NCBI GenBank assembly: GCA_963848345.1
Contig: CAWKDF010000001.1
Location: forward strand, 306,559 to 370,558
Source: an uncultured Acidimicrobiaceae bacterium
GTDB taxonomy: Bacteria > Actinomycetota > Acidimicrobiia > Acidimicrobiales > RAAP-2
Direction of reading: 5' to 3'
Length of the DNA stretch: 64,000 bases
The position numbers and the translations under genes were made by a program. The notes under the pieces are model-generated. The model searched no databases, was not told the origin of the DNA, and was given only the letters and a program-made list of their open reading frames with translations. Below, piece after piece: positions 18,956 through 28,982 of the stretch. The first letter of the stretch is position 1. The number at the start of each line of letters is the position of its first letter.

Positions 18956-19594
18956 GTGGCTTTGCGACTGACCCTTCGGCGTTTTCTCGGCGCGCGCATT
19001 CGCCAGTGGCGGGCGTACGCCAACGAGGTGGCGACGGTGGGACCCGACGACGACTACGCGAAGTCGTTCTACTACTTCGGCGCTCGCGCCGCGCTGATGG
19101 CGCCCCAGGGCGTGATCTACAACGAGCGCTATCTCTCCATCGGTGACGAGACGCTTATAGGCCCGAACGTGTGCCTGACCGCCGGCATCAATGGGGAACA
19201 GGAGATGCTCGCGTCGCCCACGGTTTCCATCGGCAAGCGATGCGTCATCGGACGCGGCTCGCACATCATTGGCCATTGGTCCATCGAACTCGGTGACGAG
19301 ATCCAAACGGGACCTTACGTCTACATCACCGACCAGAATCACACCTACGAAGCGCTTGACGAGCCGGTCGGTTGGCAGCGACCGGTCGAGGCCGCCGTCA
19401 AGATCGGCTCGGGCAGCTGGTTGGGCGCCAACGTCGTCATCTTGCCCGGCACGACGCTCGGGAGAAATACGACTGTTGCAGCCGGTGCCGTCGTGCGCGG
19501 GACCTTTCCCGATCACGTGGTGCTCGGGGGAGTGCCCGCAAAAGTGCTTCGCCACTACCGCCGCGGTGACGGCTGGTTGGCGGGACCAGCGTGA
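18956..19594 (+). CDS. hexapeptide-repeat (LbH) acyltransferase
   Basis: IGDETLIGPN, ITDQNH, IGSGSWLGANVVILPG, GVPAKV; start GTG18956 (or GTG18947). Confidence 0.88.
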   Translation: MALRLTLRRFLGARIRQWRAYANEVATVGPDDDYAKSFYYFGARAALMAPQGVIYNERYLSIGDETLIGPNVCLTAGINGEQEMLASPTVSIGKRCVIGRGSHIIGHWSIELGDEIQTGPYVYITDQNHTYEALDEPVGWQRPVEAAVKIGSGSWLGANVVILPGTTLGRNTTVAAGAVVRGTFPDHVVLGGVPAKVLRHYRRGDGWLAGPA

Positions 19595-20868
19595 GTCAAC
19601 CGCGCTTTGGCATCGATCTCACGCCGCTTCGCCAGTCCGCCCAGTACCGAAGGCTCTACATCGCGGGCTTCGTCTCGATGCTCGGTTCCATGGCCACCTA
19701 CGTGGCGGTGCCCTATCAGCTGAAGCAGCTGACCCACTCCACGCTCGCGGTCGGTTCGATCGGCCTAGTCGAGCTCGCACCCCTGGTCGTCTTCGGGCTC
19801 TACGGCGGCGTGCTCGCCGATCGATTGAACCGACGACGACTCATCATCGCCATGGAACTGGTCTTGATGCTCTCGACGGCGTTGTTGTTCGCGAATGCGC
19901 TGCTCGCTCACCCCCTCGCCTGGATCCTCTACTTCGACGCGGGCATCGTGGCTGCCGCATCGAGCGTGCAGACACCCAGCGTCTCGGCCCTCAATCAAGT
20001 GCTCGTCTCGGCGGACTTGCAACGCTCCGCCTCGGCACTGTCGAACGTGAGCAGCACGAGCGCGTCGATCATTGGTCCGGCGCTCGGCGGTCTGGCTGCG
20101 GTGGCGTTCGGTCCGGGGTCGGTCTTCTTTGCCAACGTCGTGACCTTCGCGTTCTCGCTCACCTTGCTCTACCAGCTGAAGGCGACGCCGAAGCCCACCG
20201 GAGCGGGCGGGAGCGTGTCCCAGTCGATGCGCGACGGCCTTCGCTATGCGAGGAGTCGTCCGGACATCGTCGGCACCTACATCATCGACCTGCTCGCGAT
20301 GATCCTTGCCTTTCCCGTCGTGATGCTCCCCTTCGTGGCCGATCGCTTCCACGAGACCTACGCGCTCTCACTCCTCTACTGCGGGCTACCCGCGGGGGCG
20401 CTCCTGGCAACTCTGACCTCGCGCTGGACTCATCACGTGCACCACTACGGACGGGCCATCGTCTTTGCCGCGGCCGCGTGGGGACTCGGGATCGCCGTCT
20501 TTGGGTACTCGTCGTCATTGTGGCTCGTGTTCCTCGGTCTCGCCGTGGGCGGCGGCGCGGACGCGGTGAGCGGAATCTTCCGCAACACCATGTGGAACGA
20601 GTCGATTCCGCCCGACGTGCGCGGACGGATGGCCGGCGTCGAGATGATTTCCTACTCCCTCGGTCCGACGGCCGGTCAGTTTCGCGCGGGGGTGATGGCG
20701 GCGGCGACCTCGCTGCGCTTCTCGCTGACCTTTGGCGGACTGGCGTGCACCGGCTCCGTCGGCGTGGTCGGGGCGGCTCTTCCTTCGCTCTGGCGCTTTG
20801 ACGCGCGCCGTGACGAGCACGTAAGAGAGGTGCGCGCACTGCGCGACGCCGAAGGTGAGGCGAACTAA
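19591..20868 (+). CDS. MFS transporter (EntS/DHA3-like)
   Basis: 12 hydrophobic segments; GGVLADRLNRRR motif A. Confidence 0.9.
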   Translation: MSQPRFGIDLTPLRQSAQYRRLYIAGFVSMLGSMATYVAVPYQLKQLTHSTLAVGSIGLVELAPLVVFGLYGGVLADRLNRRRLIIAMELVLMLSTALLFANALLAHPLAWILYFDAGIVAAASSVQTPSVSALNQVLVSADLQRSASALSNVSSTSASIIGPALGGLAAVAFGPGSVFFANVVTFAFSLTLLYQLKATPKPTGAGGSVSQSMRDGLRYARSRPDIVGTYIIDLLAMILAFPVVMLPFVADRFHETYALSLLYCGLPAGALLATLTSRWTHHVHHYGRAIVFAAAAWGLGIAVFGYSSSLWLVFLGLAVGGGADAVSGIFRNTMWNESIPPDVRGRMAGVEMISYSLGPTAGQFRAGVMAAATSLRFSLTFGGLACTGSVGVVGAALPSLWRFDARRDEHVREVRALRDAEGEAN

Positions 20869-20898
20869 GGGTCCGCGGCCAACCCCTACGCTTTACGC

Positions 20899-22080
20899 AT
20901 GTCTCGCAACACATTTCTCGTCACCGTCAGCGGACCGGATCGCATGGGGGTCGGTGCGGAGCTCTTCAACGCCCTGCACCACCTGGAACAGGACGGCGTC
21001 CGTCTCATGGACGTGGCCCAGATCACCATTCGTGGCACCCTGGTGTTGTGCGCGGAGGTGAGCTCCGAATCCGCGCTCACCCGTGACGCGCTCGTGGCTA
21101 GCCTCGCCAAGCGGCCTATCGCGACCGAGGGGATGAGCGTTAGCGTCGCGGCCGTGACGCCCCGTGACGATGTCGAAGGTCGTCGGCTCCTCGTCACGCT
21201 GCTCGCGCCCACGATCTCGGCGGGTCAGCTCGAGGGCGTGTTCCACGCCATCGCCGACAGCAAGGCGACGTGCGAGCGCATCGTGCACTTGGCGAGCTAC
21301 CCGGTCGACTGCTATGAGCTCATCGTGATTGGACCAGACCACGCGAGTCTTCGAGAGGGGCTGACGGCCGTCGCCGAGACGAGCGGGCTCGATCTCGCCG
21401 TCCAGCGCGCCGGACTGCACCGACGCTCGAAGCACCTCGTCGTGATGGACGCCGACTCGACGCTGCTCCAAGACGAGGTGATCGACTTGCTCGGTGAGGC
21501 ATCGGGACGTGCCGCGGAGATCGCCCCCATTACGAGCGCCGCCATGAACGGCGAGATTGATTTCACCGAGGCTCTGCGCCGAAGGGTGTTCCTGCTCGCG
21601 GGACTCCCGATCAGTGTCGTTGACGAAGTGCGCTCCACGCTGCGACTCGCTCCGGGAGCGCGGACGCTGGTGCGGACCTTGCAACGCCTGGGGTACGTGC
21701 CGGCGGTGGTGTCGGGCGGCTTCATCGAGATACTCGGGCCGCTGCTCAAGGAGTTGAACGTGACCCACGTCGCGGCCAATCGCCTGGAGATCAAGGACGG
21801 TGCACTCACCGGCGAGATTCTCGGCGACATCATCGACCGGGCCGGCAAGGCCCACGCGCTCGAGCGCTTCGCGCTGGAAGTTGGCGTGCCGCTCGAACAG
21901 ACGGTGGCGGTGGGCGACGGAGCGAATGACATTGACATGCTGTCCCTCGCCGGGCTGGGCATTGCCTTCAATGCGAAGCCCATCGTCCAAGAGCACGCCG
22001 ACACCGCGCTCTCGGTCCCGTATCTCGACGCGGTCTTGTATTTCCTCGGCATCTCGCGCGAGGAGATCGAGACGAGTTGA
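20899..22080 (+). CDS. serB: phosphoserine phosphatase with ACT domains
   Basis: DADSTLLQDEVID, VSGGF, GDGANDIDML. Confidence 0.95.
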   Translation: MSRNTFLVTVSGPDRMGVGAELFNALHHLEQDGVRLMDVAQITIRGTLVLCAEVSSESALTRDALVASLAKRPIATEGMSVSVAAVTPRDDVEGRRLLVTLLAPTISAGQLEGVFHAIADSKATCERIVHLASYPVDCYELIVIGPDHASLREGLTAVAETSGLDLAVQRAGLHRRSKHLVVMDADSTLLQDEVIDLLGEASGRAAEIAPITSAAMNGEIDFTEALRRRVFLLAGLPISVVDEVRSTLRLAPGARTLVRTLQRLGYVPAVVSGGFIEILGPLLKELNVTHVAANRLEIKDGALTGEILGDIIDRAGKAHALERFALEVGVPLEQTVAVGDGANDIDMLSLAGLGIAFNAKPIVQEHADTALSVPYLDAVLYFLGISREEIETS

Positions 22081-22147
22081 TCTTCGGCGGGGCGAGACGC
22101 GGAGAGATCATTGGCCGACGACGACGCCGACGGCTACTGTCGTCGCA

Positions 22148-23266
22148 ATGAGTCAACGGACGAGTCCTCCGTTTCGAGCCGATCACGTCGGCAGTCTCCT
22201 GCGGCCCCCCGAGCTCATGCGAGCTCGTCGCGCGTTCGCAGAGGGCACCATCGACGCGGCCGGACTCAGAGAATCCGAGGACGTCGCCATTCGAGAGGTC
22301 GTCGCGCTGCAAGAGGAGATCGGCCTTCAGTCGGCGACCGACGGCGAGTTCCGACGCACGTCGTGGCACATGGACTTCATCTTCCAGCTGTCGGGAATCT
22401 CGCGTACCGACGAACAGCTGCAGGTCGCCTTTCGCAACGCCGAAGGCACGACCTCGTTCACGTCCGCGGCGCTCAAGGTGGATAGCCGCGTCGGGATCGA
22501 CGACACCATCTTCGCGGACGCCTTCACCTTCCTTAAATCCTGCGTCACGACGGCGGTGCCCAAGCTGACCATCCCCTCGCCGAGCATGGTGCACTATCGC
22601 GGTGGGGCGGCAGCGATCGACCCGTCGGTCTACCCTGACCCCGAACAGTTCTGGAGTGATCTGAGCGCCGCCTACGGCGAAGAGATCAGACGCTTGGGCG
22701 AGTTGGGCTGCACCTATCTGCAGCTCGACGACACGTCGCTCGCGTACTTGAACGATCCAGCACAGCGCGCCATCATCGCCGAACGCGGCGAGGACGCCGA
22801 GCGTCAACATCTGCGCTACATCAAGCAGATCAACGCTGCGCTCGCCGCACGGCCCGAAGGAATGTCGGTGACCACGCACTCGTGTCGCGGGAACTTCCAG
22901 TCGTACTGGGCCGCCGAGGGGGGCTACGACTTCGTCGCCGAGGCTCTGTTCAGCGAGCTCAACGTCGATGGGTTCTTTCTCGAGTACGACGACGCACGAT
23001 CCGGTGGGTTCGAGCCACTTCGCTTCGTGCCGAAAGGAAAGATGGTCGTGCTCGGACTGGTGACGACCAAGCGCGGTGAACTCGAGTCGAAGGACCAGTT
23101 GAAGCGCCGCATCGATGAAGCCAGTCAGTTCGTCCCGCTCGACCAGCTCTGCCTCTCGCCCCAGTGCGGCTTTTCGTCCACCGTCGAGGGAAACAGCATC
23201 TCCTTCGATGAGGAGGTGGCCAAGCTGCGCCTCGTGGTGGAGACCGCGCGCGACGTCTGGGGCTGA
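22148..23266 (+). CDS. cobalamin-independent methionine synthase-like protein, catalytic domain only
   Basis: RADHVGSLLRP, TDGEFRR, HSCRGN, LEYDD, LSPQCGF Zn ligands; 372 aa. Confidence 0.88.
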   Translation: MSQRTSPPFRADHVGSLLRPPELMRARRAFAEGTIDAAGLRESEDVAIREVVALQEEIGLQSATDGEFRRTSWHMDFIFQLSGISRTDEQLQVAFRNAEGTTSFTSAALKVDSRVGIDDTIFADAFTFLKSCVTTAVPKLTIPSPSMVHYRGGAAAIDPSVYPDPEQFWSDLSAAYGEEIRRLGELGCTYLQLDDTSLAYLNDPAQRAIIAERGEDAERQHLRYIKQINAALAARPEGMSVTTHSCRGNFQSYWAAEGGYDFVAEALFSELNVDGFFLEYDDARSGGFEPLRFVPKGKMVVLGLVTTKRGELESKDQLKRRIDEASQFVPLDQLCLSPQCGFSSTVEGNSISFDEEVAKLRLVVETARDVWG

Positions 23267-23317
23267 TCAGCCGCGCGAGCGTGCGCCGTGTCCCCACCGG
23301 GGGCTCCGGCGTTCGCG

Positions 23318-23339
23318 AGACCGCCTTTCCCGGCGGTCT
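23318..23339 (+). terminator. short hairpin after MetE-like gene
   Basis: AGACCGCC-TTTCCC-GGCGGTCT. Confidence 0.4.
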
Positions 23340-23391
23340 GACCTCGCTTACCGGGTAGTAATGTCAGGTTCAGTCCGACAGTGGGGGAACT

Positions 23392-23592
23392 GTGAAGGTT
23401 GTCATTGACGCCGACATTTGCCAGGGGCAGGGTCGTTGCTTTTCTATCGCACCGGGCGTGTTCGACTTCGACGATCTCGGCAATGGTGTCGTGCTGGGCG
23501 ACGGCACGTTGAGCCCCGAGACCCTCGAACTCGCGCGACTCGCGCAAGCGAACTGCCCGGAGCACGCCATCTTCATCGAGGAGTCGTCATGA
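23392..23592 (+). CDS. single-cluster [3Fe-4S]-type ferredoxin
   Basis: CQGQGRC...CP; overlaps the P450 start (ATGA). Confidence 0.92.
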   Translation: MKVVIDADICQGQGRCFSIAPGVFDFDDLGNGVVLGDGTLSPETLELARLAQANCPEHAIFIEESS

Positions 23593-24797
23593 CCGAGAGG
23601 CCCCCTGTTCAAGATTTCGCGACCGACTTCGACCACACGGACGACGCGTGGGTAAATGACCCGTATCCGATCTGGGAGGACCTGCGTCAGCGCTGTCCCG
23701 TCGCCCACACCGATCGCTACGGCGGCGCGTGGTTTCCCGCGACCCACGCGGGCGTCACCACCATCGCGAAGGACACGGAGCACTTCACGAGTCGCGCCGT
23801 CATCATGGACGAAGGTCGTCCCGGTGAGGAAGCATTGCCCGCCCCTATCGGCGTGGCGCCTCCCATCACCTCGGACCCGCCGTTTCATCAGATGGCGAGA
23901 AAGATCATCTTGCCCGCTTTCGCTCCAGGCGTCATCAACGAGCTTGAGCCCCAGATACGCGAGCTCTGCCGCACGCTGATCGATCGCCTGGGCGACGAGG
24001 AGGTGGTGAACGCGTCGTGGGACTACGCGCGACTCATTCCGCCGTCGGTCATTCGCCAGATGCTCGGCTTCCCCGAAGAGGACACCGACAAGTTCATCGA
24101 CATCGTCCACATGATCACCGAATCGGTCGACCTCTCCGAAGAAGAGCGCATCGAGCAGTTCGAACCCATCGAGGCCTACTTCGTCGCACAGATCGAAGAC
24201 CACCAGGCGAATCCCCGTGACGATCTCACCACGTTTCTCTTGAACGCCGAGATCGGTGGGGAGAAGCTCGCGGTCGAGCACGTCTTTGGGACGATGGTGC
24301 TCATCCTCGTCGCGGGCATCGACACGACCTGGGGAGCGATAGGGGCCTCACTCTGGCACCTGGCGAGGAACCCGAGTGACCTCGCACGCCTCGTGCACGA
24401 ACCCGACCTGATGCCGGTCGCGATCGAGGAGTTCCTGCGCTTTTACGCTCCGGTCACCATGGCCCGCCTCGTGAAGGAGGATATGGAGTACCTGGGCTGT
24501 CCCATGAAGGAGTACGACTGGATCCTGCTCGGCTTTCCCGCCGCCAACCGCGATCCGGTTGCCTTCAAGGACGCCGATCAGTTCATCATCGACCGCGCAG
24601 AGAACCGTCACGTCGCCTTCGGGCTCGGCATTCACCGCTGCATCGGTTCCAACCTCGCGCGCCTTGAGCTGCGCGTCGCCATCGAGGAGTTCATCAAGCG
24701 CTACCCGACCTTCGAGCTCGCCGACCCGTCGGCCGTCACCTGGGCGCAGGGTCAGATTCGCGGGCCCCGCCAGCTGCCCATTCGAGTGTCGCACTGA
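23589..24797 (+). CDS. cytochrome P450 (paralog 1)
   Basis: AGIDTT I-helix, EEFLR, FGLGIHRCIG heme motif. Confidence 0.96.
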   Translation: MTERPPVQDFATDFDHTDDAWVNDPYPIWEDLRQRCPVAHTDRYGGAWFPATHAGVTTIAKDTEHFTSRAVIMDEGRPGEEALPAPIGVAPPITSDPPFHQMARKIILPAFAPGVINELEPQIRELCRTLIDRLGDEEVVNASWDYARLIPPSVIRQMLGFPEEDTDKFIDIVHMITESVDLSEEERIEQFEPIEAYFVAQIEDHQANPRDDLTTFLLNAEIGGEKLAVEHVFGTMVLILVAGIDTTWGAIGASLWHLARNPSDLARLVHEPDLMPVAIEEFLRFYAPVTMARLVKEDMEYLGCPMKEYDWILLGFPAANRDPVAFKDADQFIIDRAENRHVAFGLGIHRCIGSNLARLELRVAIEEFIKRYPTFELADPSAVTWAQGQIRGPRQLPIRVSH

Positions 24798-24798
24798 G

Positions 24799-26016
24799 GT
24801 GTCGAGCGAGGCGGAGGTAAAACGCCCGGTCGACGACTTCGCCACGGATTGGGATCACACCGATGCGGCCTGGGTGCGCGATCCCTATCCCATATGGGAT
24901 GACCTCCGCGAGCGCTGCCCGGTCGCCCACACTGAACGCTACGCGGGCGGATGGTTCCCGACGACCCACGAAATGGTGGCGTCGATCGCGAACGACACCG
25001 AGCACTTCACGAGTCGCTCCGTTGTCATCAGCAACAACAAGTTCCCTCCGAATGCGATCGCGCCCATCGGGGGAGCGCCACCCATCACGTCGGACCCGCC
25101 CTTTCACCAGCTAGCGAGGCGCCTCATCCTGCCGGCGTTCGCGCCCGGTCCCGTCGCGGCCCTCGAGCCCCAGGTCCGGGCGCTCTGTCAAAGGCATCTC
25201 GATGAGCTCGGCGAGGAGCGCGTCTTCGACGCCGGTGCGCGCTACGCCCAGTACATCTCGCCCGGGGTCATCGCGAGGATGCTCGGCTTTCCCGAAGAGG
25301 ACGAAGACCTCTTTCGCGAGTTCGTGCACGTCGTGCTCGACCTCGTCGATCTCACCCCCGAAGAGCGCGCACCCCTGTTCGCGCCGATGGCCGGATACTT
25401 CGAACGCCAGATCGAAGACCACCTCGCTCATCCGCGAGAGGACTTCACGAGCTATCTGTTGAACGTTGAGATGAACGGCGAGAAGCTGCCCATGGAGCAC
25501 GTGCGAGGCACCATGGTGCTCACCTTGGTCGCGGGCATCGATACGACGTGGTCGGCCATTGGCGCCGCGATCTGGCACCTGGCGCAGAACCCGAGCGACC
25601 TCGCGCGTCTGGTCGACGAGCCCGACCTCATGCCCCTCGCCATCGAGGAGTTTCTTCGCTTCTACGCACCGGTCACGATGGCTCGCCTCGTCAAGGAAGA
25701 CTTCAACTTCTACGGCACTCCCATGAAGAAGGACGACTGGGTGCTGCTCGGCTTTCCCGCGGCCAACCGAGATCGCGAGGCGTTCGTCGACGCGGAGAAG
25801 TTCGTGATCGACCGAGCGATCAATCGCCACGCGGCCTTCGGGCTCGGCATCCATCGTTGTGCGGGATCGAACCTCGCGCGCATGGAGCTTCGCGTCGCCG
25901 TCGAGGAGTTCATCAAGCGCTATCCGGCGTTCGAACTCTCCGATCCCGATGCGGTCACCTGGGCGCCCGGCCAGGTGCGAGGGCCGCGTGCGATACCGGT
26001 TCGAGTGCTCGCGTAA
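24799..26016 (+). CDS. cytochrome P450 (paralog 2)
   Basis: AGIDTT, EEFLR, FGLGIHRCAG; colinear with paralog 1. Confidence 0.96.
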   Translation: MSSEAEVKRPVDDFATDWDHTDAAWVRDPYPIWDDLRERCPVAHTERYAGGWFPTTHEMVASIANDTEHFTSRSVVISNNKFPPNAIAPIGGAPPITSDPPFHQLARRLILPAFAPGPVAALEPQVRALCQRHLDELGEERVFDAGARYAQYISPGVIARMLGFPEEDEDLFREFVHVVLDLVDLTPEERAPLFAPMAGYFERQIEDHLAHPREDFTSYLLNVEMNGEKLPMEHVRGTMVLTLVAGIDTTWSAIGAAIWHLAQNPSDLARLVDEPDLMPLAIEEFLRFYAPVTMARLVKEDFNFYGTPMKKDDWVLLGFPAANRDREAFVDAEKFVIDRAINRHAAFGLGIHRCAGSNLARMELRVAVEEFIKRYPAFELSDPDAVTWAPGQVRGPRAIPVRVLA

Positions 26017-26035
26017 ACGACGCGCGCTTCTGCTT

Positions 26036-26055
26036 GTGCCGTGTGACATATTACA
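26036..26055. promoter_or_regulatory. putative GntR operator copy 1, overlapping -10 TACAAT
   Basis: GTGCCGTGTGACATATTACA, identical to 37270-37289. Confidence 0.8.
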
Positions 26056-26061
26056 ATCGCC

Positions 26062-27249
26062 ATGGTGAAGGGCTCCGTGGTGATCGTCGGCTCCGGCATC
26101 ATTGGTGCCGCGTGCGCGAGGGTCCTGTGCGCCAAGGGATTCTGTGTCACCGTGGTGGAGCGAAGCGCGTCACTCGGGGCCACTTCAGCATCCGGGGAAG
26201 GGAATCTCCTTGTCAGCGACAAGGCGCCGGGTCCGGAGCTGGCGTTGGCTCAATACTCCCTGGCGCTCTGGCCCGCGGTCGTAGACGAGCTGGGTCGCGA
26301 GCTCGACCAGGCGTTTCCCTCGCTTGAGTTCGAGCCCAAAGGTGGACTGGTGGTCGCGGTCGCAGACCGCGGGGCGACGGCGCTTGCGACGTTCGCAGGG
26401 CACCAGCGCGACCATGGGGTGAGGGCAGAATCACTGAGCCCGAGCGAGGCACGTCTCCTCGAGCCGGATCTCACCGAACACCTCGCCTCGGCCGTCTACT
26501 ACCCCGACGACGCCCAAGTGCAGCCGGTCATCGCGGGCGAAGCCTTCCTCGCCTCGGCGAGAACCCGTGGCGCCACGGTCATCCTCGGCGCAGAGGTGAC
26601 CGGCCCTCTCCTTGACAACGGCGGCGCGCTCGTCGGCGTCCACACGACCAAGGGCGTGCTCCGAGGCGACCGGGTGGTCGTCGCGGCGGGTCCGTGGTCG
26701 GGTGAGGTCGCCCGCCTGCTTGGCGGCTGGCTTCCGGTCGAACCTCGACGAGGGTTCATTCTCGTCACCGCGCGCATGACGCAGCGGATCTTTCACAAGG
26801 TCTACGACGCCGACTACGTGGGTGCCGTGGAATCAGACGACGACGCTCTCCAGACCTCCACGGTGGTCGAGTCGACGGCGTCGGGGACGGTGCTCATTGG
26901 TTCGTCGCGCGAACGGGTCGGCTTCGACGCGAGCCTCGAGGTCGGGGTGATCAGGGAGCTCGCCACCAAAGCGGTTCGACTCTTCCCGTTCCTCTCCGAC
27001 GTCTCGTTGATGCGGACCTACTGCGGATTTCGCCCCTTCATTCCCGATCACCTGCCGGTGATCGGCGAGGATCCGTCCGTACCGGGTCTGTGGTACGCGA
27101 CGGGACATGAAGGTGCGGGCGTGGGGCTAGCGCCGGCGACGGCGGCGCTACTGGCGGCGCTGTTGTGCGGTGAGGAACCCGCACTCGCGAGCGAACCCTT
27201 TTCGCCGACGCGCCGCTCGCTCAGTGGCCTCAACTCCGCGGGAGCGTGA
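26062..27249 (+). CDS. FAD-dependent D-amino acid oxidoreductase; probable D-hydroxyproline dehydrogenase catalytic subunit (LhpB-like)
   Basis: GSGIIG, ATSASGEGN, GFRP..PDHLPVIG, GHEGAG; three-subunit context plus epimerase/deaminase nearby. Confidence 0.8.
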   Translation: MVKGSVVIVGSGIIGAACARVLCAKGFCVTVVERSASLGATSASGEGNLLVSDKAPGPELALAQYSLALWPAVVDELGRELDQAFPSLEFEPKGGLVVAVADRGATALATFAGHQRDHGVRAESLSPSEARLLEPDLTEHLASAVYYPDDAQVQPVIAGEAFLASARTRGATVILGAEVTGPLLDNGGALVGVHTTKGVLRGDRVVVAAGPWSGEVARLLGGWLPVEPRRGFILVTARMTQRIFHKVYDADYVGAVESDDDALQTSTVVESTASGTVLIGSSRERVGFDASLEVGVIRELATKAVRLFPFLSDVSLMRTYCGFRPFIPDHLPVIGEDPSVPGLWYATGHEGAGVGLAPATAALLAALLCGEEPALASEPFSPTRRSLSGLNSAGA

Positions 27250-27578
27250 TGAGCTACGGGATCGATCCGGACGAGGATCCCGTTCGGCCTCTCGCCGCGA
27301 GCACCGTGACGATTGTGGTCGATGGCGTTGAGATGACTGGTGTCCTCGGACAGACCTTGGCGGGCGTCATGCTGTCGGCCGGCGTCGAGGCGTGGCGACG
27401 GACCTCGTTCGACGATCGTCCGCGAGGAGTGTTCTGTGGCATCGGTGTCTGCTTTGACTGCGTAGCCGTCGTGAACGGGCTGACGGACGTTCGCGTGTGC
27501 CAGCGTCGAGCGCGCGAGGGCGACGTCGTCGAGTTCCATCGCTCGATACCGATCTCCGCGCGAGATGACGAGCGATGA
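27249..27578 (+). CDS. [2Fe-2S] subunit (LhpE-like)
   Basis: PRGVFCGIGVCFDC...RVC. Confidence 0.85.
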   Translation: MSYGIDPDEDPVRPLAASTVTIVVDGVEMTGVLGQTLAGVMLSAGVEAWRRTSFDDRPRGVFCGIGVCFDCVAVVNGLTDVRVCQRRAREGDVVEFHRSIPISARDDER

Positions 27579-28969
27579 CGGTCCTCGTCATCGGAGCGGG
27601 CCCGGCGGGGCTGGCCGCCGCGTTGGCCGCGGTCGACTTGGGCGAGCCGGTGACACTACTCGACGCGTCCGACGATGTGGGTGGCCAGTACTGGCGCCAC
27701 CTGCCCGCGACCCGTCCTTCGAGCAACGAAGCGCGGCTGCATCACGGCTGGTCCCGGTTCCTCGCCATGCGCGAGCGGCTGGCGACCTCGCACTGTGAGA
27801 TCGTGACCTCTGCGCACGTCTGGGCCGTCGATCGCGCGGGCGTGCACGTGCTCCTCGGCGACGCGGACGGCACGGACCGAAGGCGACGCACGTTCCAAGC
27901 CGACGCAGTCGTCGTGGCGACCGGGGCGTTCGATCGTGTCCTGCCCGTGCCGGGCTGGGATTTGCCGGGCGTCTTCAGCGCGGGGGGAGCCCAAGCGCTC
28001 GCCAAGGGCGAGCGCGTCGCTGTGGGCCGGCGCGTGGTCGTGGCGGGAGCGGGTCCGTTCTTGCTGCCCGTCGCCGTCGCGCTGCTCCAAGGCGGCAGCA
28101 CGGTCCTCGGCGTGCTCGAAGCCAGTCGCCTGAGCAAGATGTCCTACGGGTGGGCGAAGCGGCCGTGGGAGCTCGTGAGCGCTCGCGCCAAGATACCTGA
28201 AGTTGGTCGCTACGCCTACGAGCTGGCTCGCCATCGCGTCCCGTATTCGACAGGCCGCGCGGTGATCGCGATACACGGTGATGAGCGCGTCGAGTCGGTA
28301 ACGACTGCCGCCGTCAGCCCATCGTGGGCGTCGGTCCCGGGCACCGAGCGCGAGATGGCCGTAGACGCGGTCTGTCTCGGACACGGATGGACGCCGCGCC
28401 TCGAACTCGCCATCGCATTCGGCTGCCAGCTGAGCGCGCAGCGGTTCGTCGCTGTCGACGAGGGCCAGCGCACCAGCGTCGAACACGTCTACGCGGCGGG
28501 AGAGATCACCGGCGTCGGTGGTGTCGACCTCGCCCTCGCCGAGGGCGCGATTGCGGGCCACCTGGCAGCGGGCGGTCGGTTGAGCGACGCGGCACTCCGG
28601 TTAAGTCGAGCGCAGCGAAAGGACTGGCGGAGATTCGCTGCGCGACTCGAGGCGGCGCACAGCATCGGTGCGCAGTGGACGGAGTGGCTGAGCGACGAGA
28701 CGATCGTCTGCCGGTGCGAAGAGGTGACGGTCGAGCGCCTGCGATCGGCTGCACAGTTCACGCAGTCCAAGGGACTGCGTTCGTTGAAGCTCAGCTCGCG
28801 GGCCGGTCTCGGTCTCTGCCAGGGTCGCGTGTGCGGACGGACAGTGGAGTCACTCTTGGCAACGTGGGCGGGTGATGGCGGACTGAGCGATGGCGTGATC
28901 ACCGATCGACGACCGGTGGCATTGCCGGTGCGCTTGGGTGAGCTGTGCGCTGATACGACGATCGTGTGA
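27575..28969 (+). CDS. FAD/NAD(P) oxidoreductase with BFD-like Fe-S domain (LhpF-like)
   Basis: GAGPAG, ATGAFDR..PVPGW.LPGV, CRCEEV, GLCQGRVC. Confidence 0.85.
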   Translation: MTVLVIGAGPAGLAAALAAVDLGEPVTLLDASDDVGGQYWRHLPATRPSSNEARLHHGWSRFLAMRERLATSHCEIVTSAHVWAVDRAGVHVLLGDADGTDRRRRTFQADAVVVATGAFDRVLPVPGWDLPGVFSAGGAQALAKGERVAVGRRVVVAGAGPFLLPVAVALLQGGSTVLGVLEASRLSKMSYGWAKRPWELVSARAKIPEVGRYAYELARHRVPYSTGRAVIAIHGDERVESVTTAAVSPSWASVPGTEREMAVDAVCLGHGWTPRLELAIAFGCQLSAQRFVAVDEGQRTSVEHVYAAGEITGVGGVDLALAEGAIAGHLAAGGRLSDAALRLSRAQRKDWRRFAARLEAAHSIGAQWTEWLSDETIVCRCEEVTVERLRSAAQFTQSKGLRSLKLSSRAGLGLCQGRVCGRTVESLLATWAGDGGLSDGVITDRRPVALPVRLGELCADTTIV

Positions 28970-28982
28970 ATCGACGAATGCC

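Noticed and set aside
26062-28969. HCN synthase (hcnABC), opine oxidase or sarcosine oxidase
   Set aside because: Same three-subunit family, but the operator shared with the Hyp epimerase/deaminase operon favours D-hydroxyproline dehydrogenase.
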